A stretch of 61,616 bases of DNA, counting the filler, from Squatina squatina (Eukaryota), in NCBI GenBank assembly GCA_031763465.1. It is 3 parts of 3 records of this genome, joined end to end, with 100 filler letters (N's around TTAATTAATTAA, not from the genome) between each part and the next. Parts side by side here need not be neighbours in the genome. Positions count along the whole stretch, not along the records: positions 1 to 28,162 come from JARFOE010000115.1; 2 more parts are not named here. One strand, written 5' to 3'. A model generated the notes under the pieces. It had not been told where the DNA came from and ran no database searches. It saw nothing but the letters and a program-made list of their open reading frames with translations. The translations under genes were made by a program, and so were the position numbers. Every line of letters begins with the position of its first letter. The first letter of the stretch is position 1. This document shows, piece by piece, positions 11,633 through 24,252 of the stretch.

Positions 11633-12464
11633 ACATCACTGAGTATGAACAGTACAAATTTGGGTTGTTTAGCCACATGACTAGCAGGGCGAGGACTGTT
11701 CAGTCAGTTCCAATCTCGTACATTGACAGGTGTGCAAGGAGTCAGGCGTTTGCAGAGAAGTTCTTCAGTGAAATGTATACGCTGCACGTCATCAGTGCAC
11801 CTGAAGCACCAGTGCAAACACAGCCTAAATAAACACCAAAACAAGCCCTTGGTAATGTCCTGGTCCTACACTTTGCAGTCTAAATAAAAATGAATTATCC
11901 CAGGAATACGAATGATAGCTTCACTGCCAACCAACACGGTAACTCACTGCAGTTAATTAAAATCAAGGGTGCTTGAAAAACAATAGCAATGACAAGCTGC
12001 CGGAGCTCAACTTTGTTCGTTATCATTAGAAGTGCTGAGTGCCACAGACTGCATTATTGGGAGCAACGAGATTGCCGTCATTCACTTTGTGTCACCCTTG
12101 GGCATTACATGTAAATGGTAAATTGATTACACTGAAAGGAGTCATCTGTTTCTCTTTGTTCTGAGTACAGTATTTTGACACAGTCCTTGGCTGAAGGAGA
12201 AGTGTTCCAAATCGAGACAATAACTGGCCTTTTCTCAAGGTCCTCTCGGGCCCCAGTGTTTAGTAAAGTTGGCTCTAGATTATAAAATAATTTGCTGAGG
12301 GAATTATTTCACATGCATCGTGATGATCTGCTCCAGATGATCTGCGGCCACCAGTTTCTATCTTGTTCATGGGAAGGAAGTTCACGATGGTCTCAGCAAC
12401 TCAGTACAAATATTCAAATAGATGAGCAAAAAAAAAACCTCAAGTTCATCCCAATACCCCCATC

Positions 12465-12811
12465 AGTTGTTAGCTGTGCCTCAGTGGGTAGCACTCTCGC
12501 CTCTGAGTCCGAAGGCTGTGGGTTCAAGTCCCACTCCAGAGATTTGAGCACAAAATCTAGGCTGACACACCAGTGCAGTGCTGAGGGAGTGCTGCACTGT
12601 CGGAGGTGCCGTCTTTCAGATGAGACGTTAAACCAAGGCCCCATCTGCTCTCTCAGGTGGATGCAAAAAGATCCCACGGTACTACTTCGAAGACGAGCAA
12701 GTGAGTTCTCCCCAGAGTCCTGACTAATATTTATCCCTCAACCAATATTCGTGAAGACAGATGATCTGGTCATTATCACATTGCTGGGCGCTTGCTGAGT
12801 GCAAATTGCCT
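12465..12811 (+). mobile_element. tRNA-derived Deu-domain SINE (SacSINE1-like), 3' end in gap
   Basis: A-box-like GCCTCAGTGGG and B-box-like GGTTCAAGTCCC, then GCCGTCTTTCAGATGAGACGTTAAACC core. Related copies at 39090-39257 and 58533-59080. Confidence 0.85.
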
Positions 12812-13247
12812 NNNNNNNNNNNNNNNNNNNNNNNNNNNNNNNNNNNNNNNNNNNNNNNNNNNNNNNNNNNNNNNNNNNNNNNNNNNNNNNNNNNNNNNNN
12901 NNNNNNNNNNNCTGATGAGCAAACATCTTGACCGTCAAAAGAAAAGGAACTGATTTTGCAACATTTGTTAGGTATAACATAGTTGCTGATCCGATAGCAG
13001 GGGTTCATATCTAAACTTTAGTAAACTGCAGTCTTGTCAGCAGCGGCACAGGTTGCAAAATCTACATCAAGAACCTTGTTTGGAAAATTATACGCCTGAT
13101 CTTTAAGTTCTTTAGCCGTCACCCAACTAGCAGTGCAACACATTGTACAATCATTATCAACGTCACATTACAATTAAAATTGACTTTTTTTTAAAAAAAA
13201 ACCTTCCACATAGCTGCAGATAACTTAATAAAAAGTGCATCTCTTAC

Positions 13248-13568
13248 CTTTTCCCTGCTGCGCACATGTGAATTGGATGTGAGATGCAGAATAATCAGCA
13301 CGGTAACTTTGCCATTGTTGACATTAATCCCCCAAAAGCTGGTCCAGTTCTAACGAGGGTCCTCTCATTGTGGCGCCCCCACTCTCCCTTCGGTTAGTTC
13401 CTGTGTTAGCACTCTCCACGACAGCCGGCTTTTGGCTTCGAACCTCTGTTTAACTGACTTGTACTGGAATGCCTTCAGGCACTTGTGAATTAGCTGCCGC
13501 CCATGTGCTGGGCTGATTTGTTGCTGTGCTTGTGATGTCATGGCGGCACACCTACTTGATCAATATGC
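13248..13568 (-). other. Candidate 5'UTR exon (probably CHRM3) containing a 58-aa uORF at 13365-13541
   Basis: Strong donor AAG|GTAAGA at 13248; GCCGCCATGA start at 13541 and TGA at 13365-13367; upstream of CHRM3 on the same strand. Confidence 0.4.
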
Positions 13569-14254
13569 NNNNNNNNNNNNNNNNNNNNNNNNNNNNNNNN
13601 NNNNNNNNNNNNNNNNNNNNNNNNNNNNNNNNNNNNNNNNNNNNNNNNNNNNNNNNNNNNNNNNNNNNGGTTCCTCACTACCTTCATTAGCTGGAGGGCC
13701 CAACTTGCACGTTTCAATGCTAAAAGGTGAATTTGTTGAATATTCAACTTTACTGACAATGCCATGCTAACAGGTAGCTTCCAGCAATGACTGCACAACA
13801 TATGAATTTTCATCTTATGGTTAGTGTGTTGTACACCGAATGATGCCAGGTGACAAGGGACAGGAAGAGTGCACTGTAAGGATTTCAGCAGCACGAGACG
13901 TACCAGATGTAATTATCTAAATTACCTTTGTATTCAAGTGGTGCTCAAAGGATACTTGTACTGTAACAATCATAATCAAATGCAAGTTGTAATATGTTAT
14001 TACCCAAACATTTGCATGTATAATTAATGTTCTATATACAAGACTATCCATTTTAATTAATATTGTATTAAATTTGTATTCAAAATATGCACTCGTGAGC
14101 TAGCCTCGGCTTCATGTTTAATTCCTTTGGTACATATTATATTGACCATTTTTGACTGCTGATTAAAACTCTCATCACAGACACTCTCTCTGCCTCCGCT
14201 GATAAATGAGCCACAGGAAGGTCTCACCTTTCATCTTTATTTTGTGCTGAGACG

Positions 14255-14530
14255 GCTGATCTCAGCTGGGCTGGTGGAAGGGTCAGTGCAATTGTATTCA
14301 GTACTTAAACCAATAAGATAGAGGAACAATAAGACAGACTTTACACTCCTGATTGCTGTCCAATTGCCCCTGCTGGAAAGTGCATCTCTGCACACTGGGC
14401 ATCCTATGGTTGAATACCAACGTTCACCACCTGCACGTGAAGAATGGGCACTTGGGTTGAGGTGCCAGAGGACAGTGGCTGCCTGTGGAACTCCACAACA
14501 GCTAAAGTGAGCACTTCAAAACAGGAGGAA
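14255..14530 (+). mobile_element. LF-SINE-like relic
   Basis: CTCCTGATTGCTGTCCA..CCCCTGCTGGAAAGTGC..GAAGAATGGGCACTTGGGTTGAGGTGCCAGAGG resembles the recalled LF-SINE body; related copies at 24975, 27850 and 56500. Confidence 0.65.
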
Positions 14531-15347
14531 GAGTGGGAGAGAAGAAATGCTGATCTGGCTCCGAATAATCTGAAACTTGTGAGCCGTCCAATACTTAAGC
14601 TTTAAACCTTAATAAAAATGCTTCACAGGCAGTCAGTCAGCAGCGCTCTGTATGTGCACTTTGAGTACAAGTACACAATGCTCACTGTCCCTTCCCCGCT
14701 CCCCCCCGCTGCAAAGAAATTGGATGTAGAAGTACGACTGCCTCTCTATTTGCAAAGCTGTTACAATTTCATTAGTGCAGCATTGATTGGTTAGTGTCTA
14801 AGTGCAGTATAAGGAGCTATTCATGACACCCACAAATCAATGCAGGTGTATTGGATTCTGGACGAGTTATTTGCCCCAGAAAATCTTTTCGTGCATTAAT
14901 AATTTAACGGTTGTGGTTGTTCACAATGCGAGACGAGCTGCCTGGATATTTCAATTGAAATGCATATGGTTAACTTCACCTGCACTTGAATGAGGCAGTT
15001 AAACTAAATGGCAATGAACATAGTTTGTAGACCCCACTTTTCTGGGGCTTCAGTAGCAACTCCAAAAGTAAAACAATATAAGTTTCCATCATCATAAAGT
15101 ACTGCCAAGTTATTTTAGCGACAAAATACATTGATAATATTCGTTAAGGACAGTGAGCACCAAAATATTTGTGTCCATTGTTCTATGTCTTCACAGAAAT
15201 AGTGAGAGGGTTCCAGCACATAAGAAGTCTTTATTAACTCGGAACAGNNNNNNNNNNNNNNNNNNNNNNNNNNNNNNNNNNNNNNNNNNNNNNNNNNNNN
15301 NNNNNNNNNNNNNNNNNNNNNNNNNNNNNNNNNNNNNNNNNNNNNNN

Positions 15348-15576
15348 GTCAGCTGAAAACAGAATTGGCCGACAATTTAAGAGGGCCGTTGCAGCGACAG
15401 GTTTTGCAAACAGGCTGTAAGGGGGTTGCCGTTGCGCGGTGCGGGTCAGCATGCTTCTTGATGACGTCATGTGCCAACCCGCCATAAAATTCAGCTGGCC
15501 AGGTGCAAAGGCCTTTGCGCCCCAGCTAAATTTTCTGGGAGGCAAGATGACGCAACAGGAGATGAATTTCGGCCCC
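15348..15576. mobile_element. GC-rich MITE end (Harbinger-like)
   Basis: GC-rich block ending in GAATTTCGGCCCC, the same TIR type as 31036-31589 and 41011-41698; other end in gap. Confidence 0.55.
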
Positions 15577-18500
15577 TAGGTCTATATGCAGCCTAACCAG
15601 CAGTTCTTACAGAGAATGTTGCAGGCCACCAAAAAGATACATTTGTAAAATGTACTTATCTGAATGTGGAGTCGGGAGGAACACGGAACCACCTAATCTC
15701 TGTTTGCCAACCTGCTCCTCACTTTATGAAAAGGGATTCACCAACATCCTTATTTTCTGTGGTACAACTCATTGCAAAACCAATATACTGCCCATATACG
15801 GGATGGCCCTTCTGCCATAGATGTCCTGGCAATTCTGTCCATGGTATGTGAGGAATCAAACCTTTTGAAAAACCTCAGTTGTTACTCCCAGCTAACAGAA
15901 AGCCTGTGTATGGATCACACTTGTGCACAGTCCACCCTTGATTTTATGCACGGTCTTTGTAAAATCCCATCAGGCTCCATCGATGTAGAAGTGGCACCCT
16001 TCAGCTTGTAAGTCCTCAAAACCTGGCCAAAGGTGTGATGTATGCACTGGGACTTTCTGTGAGTAATAGTTACTTTTCACTGTTAATCAAAAGAAAGCTG
16101 AAATCTTTGTTTCTATACGAGGAAACGTGAAATTTCATTAAATCCATCAAACCCAGCTCTGCCACAAACCATCCACAATCAATTTCATCAAGGACTTTAT
16201 CCCAGAGAGCAAAATTCTGGAGAGAAAAAACTCCGATCTTCAAAAAGGTAAAAAAATTTCAAAACAAAAGAATATTCATCCACTTACACATCTTCACTGT
16301 TCCACCATTGCCTGTGTTGTCTGATTAACACCTCCCAGCTCCCTCCCTCCACCTCCACCTCCCTCCACTACTGCCTCTCAAGCACCCAGCTCACCTCTGA
16401 CTGCTCATCCATCAATCTCTCAATTAGTTTATGTGTCAGCTTACCTGGGCGAAGGCAGTGGAACTCAACATCGGCTGCGCTCAGGGATTGGCAAGCCTAT
16501 GACTCTCCTGCCAGGTGACTGCATTTTGAATTGGGCTTGTGCCACGTAGCTGCAGGAGATCTAGCATGAGGAAGCTGCAGGAACAATCACATCTTCATCC
16601 GTCAACTGTGGTCTGTTGCGTATTCCCACAGCAACATACATCCTTTCGAAATCACCAGCACACCAGGAAGCTTTTCCTCGCAACTCCAAGTGGCTGAGAG
16701 GCCGCACAAAATATGTGTAACCAGCAGTAATACTGCACCAACAATTTGCACCTTCAGACACATTTCCTGGAGCCTGTTGACCATATGTATCCACTGTTAA
16801 GAAAAGATAATGTGGATCCGGACTGTCGTTATCTATGTGCATCAGCAATTAACAATAGCAGCACTATTGCACACAAGAGCTTCCTGACTGTGATCTCAGA
16901 CAGTTGTCAAATATTTGCCAACCGAAAATTGCTGTGTTAACTTAGGTACTGCAGTGTTACCATGGCCAACATGGTTCCTGAAAAACTTCCTCAGTTTAGA
17001 AGAAAAAGTGGTTTTATTTGGAAGATTATTAGCCGAAAAGCATTTTCAATTTGAAGCAACACGTTCACAATTTTTCTTCTCCATTTACACAGAGACTATC
17101 ATCCACCTATTTACTGCTTTTCTCAAGGAATCTTCCGTGATTTGATTTGAAAATAACATTCATAATTACAGACTAATGAGAAAACACTTATTTATGAGGT
17201 AACTTCCCAGTATGTTGATTTTGGTAATAATGGAGATTATGTTGCTAATTACTGTGATGGAGCCACTGGTTATATTACTTTTCAGCAATAAAATGTTGAC
17301 CATCACCTACTAACTTGCAGTGATTGCATCACAATTATAAAGCTGGTCTTCAGTGTCNNNNNNNNNNNNNNNNNNNNNNNNNNNNNNNNNNNNNNNNNNN
17401 NNNNNNNNNNNNNNNNNNNNNNNNNNNNNNNNNNNNNNNNNNNNNNNNNNNNNNNNNGTGAAAGCTCACCAATTGGACCCCCTAAATCTAATTTTTGAAA
17501 CTGAAGTCCATTTTTTTCTGAATATTTATTTGCCTTACTGTATAAACAGTATTGGTTATGAAGGTTGAAAAAGGATTTCAATTAATTTTCACCATCAGCA
17601 AATCAAATACCAGACCTCAAGCCATGATCCTGTCCACTGTCTGGTTTTGTATTTAGCAAAGGCTGTACCCTTCCCCCTGTGTTTTAGCTTTACAGAACTA
17701 CAAACATCTTTTGGATCGGTGTTACTTTCATAAAAAGGTCTCCAAGGTTAGATTGTCTACTTTGTAGGTATTAAAAGGAAGGGAAGGATTGAGTTTACTG
17801 TAAAACTGAATGGCACAGCCGCAGAGAAAATTGATGAATTAGTTGTGTTCAACTAATGAGCTCCTGAGCTAACATCAGCTGGAACAAGGGGCCACATCTT
17901 CTATTTCATGAAGTGCGTAACTTGCCAGATAGATGTTCTAGTTCAAAAAGTTAATCCCATATTGGCTGCTGGATCGACAAGTTAGCACAGAGTGTTACCC
18001 TCTGGTTTATCCACATGATTCCAGTGATCACAATTAATAAAACTACAGTTCACTTGGGAGACCAAAGACATTTGCACTTTTGGATGCATTCAGTCCCTTT
18101 GACATTAAATTGTTCTGTCAGTGTAAAGGACATCTTAATCAGCAGTGGCAAGATTTCTTTTGACGTGCACAAATTAATTAGCGGTGGAGGAAATAGAAAT
18201 CTCATTAGTTTTTTTTTAAAGGAGGACAATCACTGTAAAATGGTCTCCGCTAAAATTGACAAATCTCTCTGTCTCAAATATTTGGTGGTCTTGTCATAAA
18301 CTGGGGGAGCAAGCTGAAGACTACTATATCTGGAGTGCAATAGCTGGGGTCTTGGCAGACAGCCAGGCATCCCGAGAAGCAAGTACATAACTGATGAAAT
18401 CGGACTGCACTGGGACTGCATTGTCTGATCAATCATTCAGTTCACATCATCATTTTCAAATGAACTATTTTTGTTCTTGTATAAAACCTGTAGATCATGC

Positions 18501-19674
18501 GCTTGCGGGAATTTGTAATGCGCGATCAGCTCCTAACCATTTAAACGACCCACAACAACATTCCTAAGGGGACATTTTGCTTTGTCCAATCATATTCATT
18601 TGGCATTTGTTCACTATGTGCCCTTGAGAGTCTACATTAAAAGACAGCATCAATAAACCTAAATCTTCCATGAATCAAATACATTTATTGCTTTAGCTTT
18701 ATTTGTCCACTGTGATGTGTATAGTTAGCAGTAACAATAGTTCTTTTTTGCAGTACAGGTTATCAAGTGATTACTATAATCAGATTAAGGTGAAAAATAA
18801 AGTGGCTTTCAATATATTACATGGATCGCAAGGCTAGCGACAGATGATACAGGAGCATAGAATCATAAAAATGGAACAATTTCTAAGATTGGATATCTGT
18901 ACTTTTACTGACATCCTGCATTAATAATTCCAGGCACCTGAGTCAGCAGTTGTATGGACACAATAATGCAATTAGGCTTAGATTGGCTCAACTGATGATA
19001 GCATAAAGGGTTGAGATACGACACTGAAAGGAAACTAAGCTTCATTCAGTTAAAAAAAGGGTATTTCCTGGTAAGGGAACAAAGAGTAGAAATGATAAAA
19101 TTGAAAGGAGGCTCTTGAGCAGAAAGAGCAGTTCAAATTAGTTATGAGATCGTGAGATAGCTTTGTCTTTGAGTCTTCCAAAAAGACCTCAAGCACAAAT
19201 GGACAATAAATTTAAACTATTTAATCTTTATTTCAGGAGATGCAGGTCCCAGTCTATATTACAATGCACGCGTTCAAATTTGAGCTTACTTCCATTGAAT
19301 TTCTCAACAGATTTCCATAGGCTTTGTAGAATTACTATTTTATCTATCATCTAGATGAAACAAATTAATAAAAAGTAATTTAAAACTACCATGTACCCTT
19401 GAAATTTCTTTAATAAGAATCTATTTTTCTTCTGCATCCTTTTTCCTCTGTCTTGAAATAATTATTTAATAAGTGTACATTTCACTTCACTTTCTTTTAA
19501 AATTGTTTCAATTTCATTTGACCTTAAGGAACATGAATATTACTTGGCAATCATTAGGCATTATTTCCAGATTATTCTACTGGCTAATTTACAAAGTGAA
19601 CAATGGTTTGAAACTGCAGCCGTTACAGTCCATTTCTCTCTCTATCTCGAGATGCCCAGAACATCTCTCGAGAT

Positions 19675-19934
19675 TAGAAACATAGAAAATAGGAGCAGGA
19701 GTAGGCCATTCGACCCTTTGAGCCTGCTCCACCCACAATGAGATCTTGGCTGATCGTCCAAATTCAGTACCGTGCTCCTGCTTTCTCCCCATATCCCTTG
19801 ATCTCTTTAGCCACAAGAACTAAATCTAACTCCTTCTTGAATATATTTAATGATTTAGCCTCAACTGCCTTTTGTGGTAGAGAATTCCACAGGTTCACCA
19901 CTCTCTGGGTGAAGAAATTTCTCCTCATCTCAGT
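19675..19934 (-). mobile_element. CR1 LINE 3' end
   Basis: AGAAACATAGAAAATAGGAGCAGGAGTAGGCCATTCG tail and GGTAGAGAATTCCACAGGTTCACCACTCTCTG (reverse of the VVNLWNSLP motif). Confidence 0.9.
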
Positions 19935-20881
19935 NNNNNNNNNNNNNNNNNNNNNNNNNNNNNNNNNNNNNNNNNNNNNNNNNNNNNNNNNNNNNNNNNN
20001 NNNNNNNNNNNNNNNNNNNNNNNNNNNNNNNNNNTTTGAGCACTACACTCAGCCTTTACTTCCTGCGTGCTATGCCACTGGACATTAGCTAATATAATAT
20101 ATAAACATTTCCAGTACCTGAATGGTAAAACCTGATTGTGAAAGCCTGCAGTCTGTATTTGTTCATTATCCCGCAATAAACTATATCACACTTCCCAAAA
20201 ATGTACAGGAAATTAACTGAACTACAAATAAAAAAAGGTAGATTTGGTTGGGATTAACATAGTAGTAATATCAAGTCGCATACGTCCTCGCACGTCAGGC
20301 AAGAGGCATCTGCATATTAATTACAGAGGAGTCATTATGTTAACTGATTGGAGGTGAATATTTAAAACATTTGCCTTATTAACCAGAGAAACTTTTCCAT
20401 GGAATTAGCAGTCAAATTCTGCGGTAGAGTGCACAGAGTAATTATATTTTGTCACTATACAGCAGAAGTGTTTCTGAGGCACAAACCACTTGCTACATCA
20501 AAGGAAAAGAAGAAAGATTATCCAAGCGAAAAAGAGGAATAACAATGTAGAGGGTGGGCCTCTGGAGTGTTGCTTTCATGTTGGTGTGAACAATGTCTTC
20601 TTAAGTGAAGCCTAGAATCCTCAAGCGATATTTCTGGGTAATGCAGGTCGCACTTCTGTCTAAACCTGTCACACAAAATCCTTTTTTTAAGAGAAGGCTG
20701 CGAGGCCTGAGGGAGAAATAGATCTGAGTTAACAGACTTCCAGGTTCTATGTGGTAAAAATGACTGGGGTCTATATTGAGCAAAGAAGGTTAACAACAAT
20801 CCAGAGTGGCAGGTGAGGGCTGATTTGCTGTGGGCAGCTCCGTGCAACGCAATGTTGTTAATGAATGACAGGAAACTGACC

Positions 20882-21152
20882 GAGGGCTGCCAGCTCGCCA
20901 GGATTGTAATGGAGTATCCGGGAATTATAGATTAGTCTGCTGGATACTGCTGCAGGCAAACCTGGAGAAGTATCACAGGGGCATTAAAAAAACATTGCTT
21001 TTTAAATTTTCCTCGAACACTTTTGTTTGTTATTTATAGAAATGTTGGAGATGGGTGGGGGAAGGCTGTTTGACTAGCAGAGCAGTCGGTGGCAGGAGGT
21101 GGTGAGATTAAAAAGAAAATCCAGGAATATGTTTAACCAGAGTTGGCAACTC
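20882..21152. mobile_element. Degenerate hAT-like MITE
   Basis: Inverted ends AGGGCTGCCAGCTC..GAGTTGGCAACTC; no clear target-site duplication. Confidence 0.45.
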
Positions 21153-21639
21153 ATAGAATCATAGAACCATAGAAAAAAAATACAGCACAGNNNNNNNNNN
21201 NNNNNNNNNNNNNNNNNNNNNNNNNNNNNNNNNNNNNNNNNNNNNNNNNNNNNNNNNNNNNNNNNNNNNNNNNNNNNNNNNNNNNNNNNNGGTACTGGAG
21301 GGTGCCAAATGCCAATTGAAAGGTACCCACTGAGGAATCTGCCTTGGAGAGAGGAAGAGAAGGGAAGAAAATTGGCAGGAAAATAACAAGGGAGAAATGC
21401 TGAAATAAGTAGATGTTAATCTTTTTATTGTAATTCATTCAAATTATCTCACTCTTTGAAAAGTGAGTTCCTATTTCAACTTTTACCTGAAACCCTGTTC
21501 GTATGTGCTGGTTAGCTCAGTGCAGTCTTCTAGTCATTTTGCACATGTTGACTGGTTTATTGACAAGTTCCTTTTCCATTTTTGTCAACTAAAATACAAG
21601 GTGCCCCAAAACACAAGGGCATGACTATCGGTGATAATG

Positions 21640-22220
21640 GAATACTCTGTTACAAGAGGTATAGAACATAAAAGTTGAGATGCAATGATAAATCTATATT
21701 AAAGTTTAGTAAGATCCCAGTTGAAGTACTGTGCAGTTTTGGGCTCCACGCTATAAGGAGGAGGTTGAGACAATAGCGATGGTATAGCACAGAGTCACTA
21801 GGATGCTTCTTGGTATGGGGAAATGCAAATATGAAGAATTATTAATATTATTTTCATTACAACAAAATAAATTACGGGGTGATTTGATAGTGTTTAAAGT
21901 TATGAAGATTTAGCACAGAGTGAAATAGACTGTTTACAGTGAGGGGCCTCGAACAAAGGGACATAGATACAAGATTGAATGTAATAAATTTAGGACAGAG
22001 AGCTGGAGAAACTTTTTTTTTTAACAAAGACTCTGCTCTACCGGAGCTGGTTACGAAGCAGAGTCAACACTTAAGTATAGGTTAGATAGGTAGTTAAAGG
22101 AAAAGGGATATAGGAGCAGGGCAGGCACATGGGATTAGGACAACTGTTTGTGTGGATGATAAATACCAACATGGACTGGTTGGACTTGATTGTTTCCATA
22201 TTGTAATTTCTGTGTGATTT
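21640..22220 (+). mobile_element. Old CR1 LINE 3' fragment
   Basis: Degenerate TTGAAGTACTGTGCAGTTTTGGGCTCCAC (LEYCVQFWAP) and TTACGGGGTGATTTGATAG (LRGDLI) motifs. Confidence 0.75.
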
Positions 22221-22333
22221 TATCAAATGGTCTGATAAAAGGATAACTTTCTAAGCTCTATGTACTTAATGACAATCAAATTACTGCAAACTATAGTTCA
22301 ATGTCTGAATTAACTTTTTTTTTCCCATTGCAG

Positions 22334-22475
22334 CACTTTCTTGTACCTTAAATTCCTTGTTGTGTGGGCACTGGTGTTGCTGGCAGATTTTGTCCTCGAA
22401 TTCCGCTTTGAATATCTTTGGCCTTTCTGGCTCTTCATCAGGAGTGTTTATGATTCCTTCAGATACCAGGGTCTG
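22334..22475 (+). CDS. MACO1: Macoilin (TMEM57 family) internal exon, equivalent to exon 2
   Basis: 142-bp exon between TTGCAG| and |GTAAGT encoding (S)TFLYLKFLVVWALVLLADFVLEFRFEYLWPFWLFIRSVYDSFRYQGL. Orthologue versus paralogue is unresolved. Confidence 0.9.
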
Positions 22476-22629
22476 GTAAGTTGGTTAGAGACTTCTGATG
22501 GTTTCTAAAATATACCAGTTCTGTCTGTTATGATATATGTAACACCCACCACTACAATAATCTTTGAAAATGGCACTTGATTTAGAAGCTTTGATCAAAG
22601 CCTTTATTTTATTTCTTTTTTTAAATAGC

Positions 22630-23350
22630 ACAATTTTAGAGGGGTTGCAGGATCAGAGAGTCCCGGAAGTGTGTGTACACAAGTCTTTTGAAGGTGGCAG
22701 AACAAGTTGAGAAAGCTGTGAAAAAGGCATGCGGGATTCTTGGCTTTATAAATAGAGGCATAGAGCACAAAAGCAAGAAAGTTATACTGGATGTTATAAA
22801 ACACTGGTTAGGCCCCAGCTGGAGTATTGTGGCCAGTTCTGGGCACCACACTTGGGAAGGATTCAAGCTTTTAGAGATGGCGCAGAGGAGATTTACTGGA
22901 ATAGTACCAGGGACAAAGGACTTCAGTTATGTGGAGAGACTAAAGAAACTGGGGTTGTTCTCCTTACAGCAGAGAAGGTTAAGGGGAGATTTCGTAGAGG
23001 TGATCAAAATCTTGAAGGGTTTTGATAGAGTAGATAAGGAATGGCAGGAAGGTCGGTAACCAGAGGACACGGATTTAAGGTAACTGACAAAAGAACCAAA
23101 GGTGACATGAGGAAAAGAAACCTTCGCAGCGAGTTACGATCTGGAATGCACTGCCTGAGAAGGGCGGTGGAAGCAAATTCATTCATAACTTTGAAAAGGG
23201 AATTGGATAAATATTTGAAAAGGAAAAAATTGCAGTGCTACGGGGAAAGAGCAAGGGAGTGGGACTAATTGAATAGCTCTTTTAAAGAGCCAGCATAGGC
23301 AAAATGGGCCGAATGACCACCTTCTGTGCTGTATCATCCTATGATTCTTA
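22630..23350 (+). mobile_element. CR1 LINE 3' fragment with tail
   Basis: ORF KAVKKACGILGFINRGIEHKS..ERLKKLGLFSLQQRRLRGD; 3' hairpin/tail GGGCCGAATGACCACCTTCTGTGCTGTAT. Confidence 0.92.
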
Positions 23351-23619
23351 AAGCAGAATGCATTTTTTCTTTAACAAAATGGGGCAAGTTTTTTCTCAGA
23401 TGAATGGTGATTTTTGAAGAATCCCTACTTAGCAGAATCTTCATAGTTTGGTATTTGCATTTTTAGATTTTATAGTCAAATCTGATGTAACCAGAAGATA
23501 TCTATACCAGCAAAACAGACTCAAAATTTTCCTCCACTTGCATTCTACATTAATGGGCTATTGGAGCCAAATGTAAGCTTGTTAAATTTTTGGATGGCAC
23601 AAAAATACAGGCAACAGTA

Positions 23620-23920
23620 GATCATCATAGAATTACAGAAAGCAGCCATTTGGCCGATTGCATTCGTCGTGTTGCTAGCTTGTCAACTGGAACGATCAAC
23701 TCTAATCCCATTTCCCTGTTTTTTTCCCCCCATAATCCTTTAACGTTTTCAAATACCTATCCAGTTCCATTTTATCTATCTGCCTCAATAGCCATTTGTT
23801 GCAAGAGCATTCTATATCCTAAAAATGTATGGAAAAAAGATCTCGCTTCCCCTTCATTCTACTATTGATAAATGCTGTGTCTCTGACCCCTTTTTACTGA
23901 TTTGGAAGCTTTCTTTCAAT
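23620..23920 (-). mobile_element. Degenerate CR1 3' fragment
   Basis: ATCATAGAATTACAG..GCCATTTGGCC tail, similar to 3520-3790. Confidence 0.6.
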
Positions 23921-24020
23921 NNNNNNNNNNNNNNNNNNNNNNNNNNNNNNNNNNNNNNNNNNNNNNNNNNNNNNNNNNNNNNNNNNNNNNNNNNNNNNNN
24001 NNNNNNNNNNNNNNNNNNNN

Positions 24021-24252
24021 CCCTGATTTATAATCGCTCAACCATTGGTTGCCGTGCCTTCTGTTGACTTGGCCCTAAGCTCTGGAACTCCCTTCCCAAA
24101 CCTCTCTGCCTCTCTTTTCTCCCTCAGGATGTTCCTTAAGACCTGCCTCTCACCTGCCCTAATTTCTCCTTATGCGGCTCGATCAAATAAATACTCCTGC
24201 GAAGCGCCTTCACTACTTTAAAGGCGCTATATAAATACAAGTTGTTGTTGTT
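24021..24252 (+). mobile_element. L2 LINE 3' end
   Basis: CCATTGGTTGCCGTGCCTTC..CTCTGGAACTCCCTTCC..AAAGGCGCTATATAAATACAAG(TTG)n; homologous to 34500-34735. Confidence 0.8.

Noticed and set aside
12465-12540. tRNA gene
   Set aside because: The A and B boxes run straight into a SINE body present in several copies.
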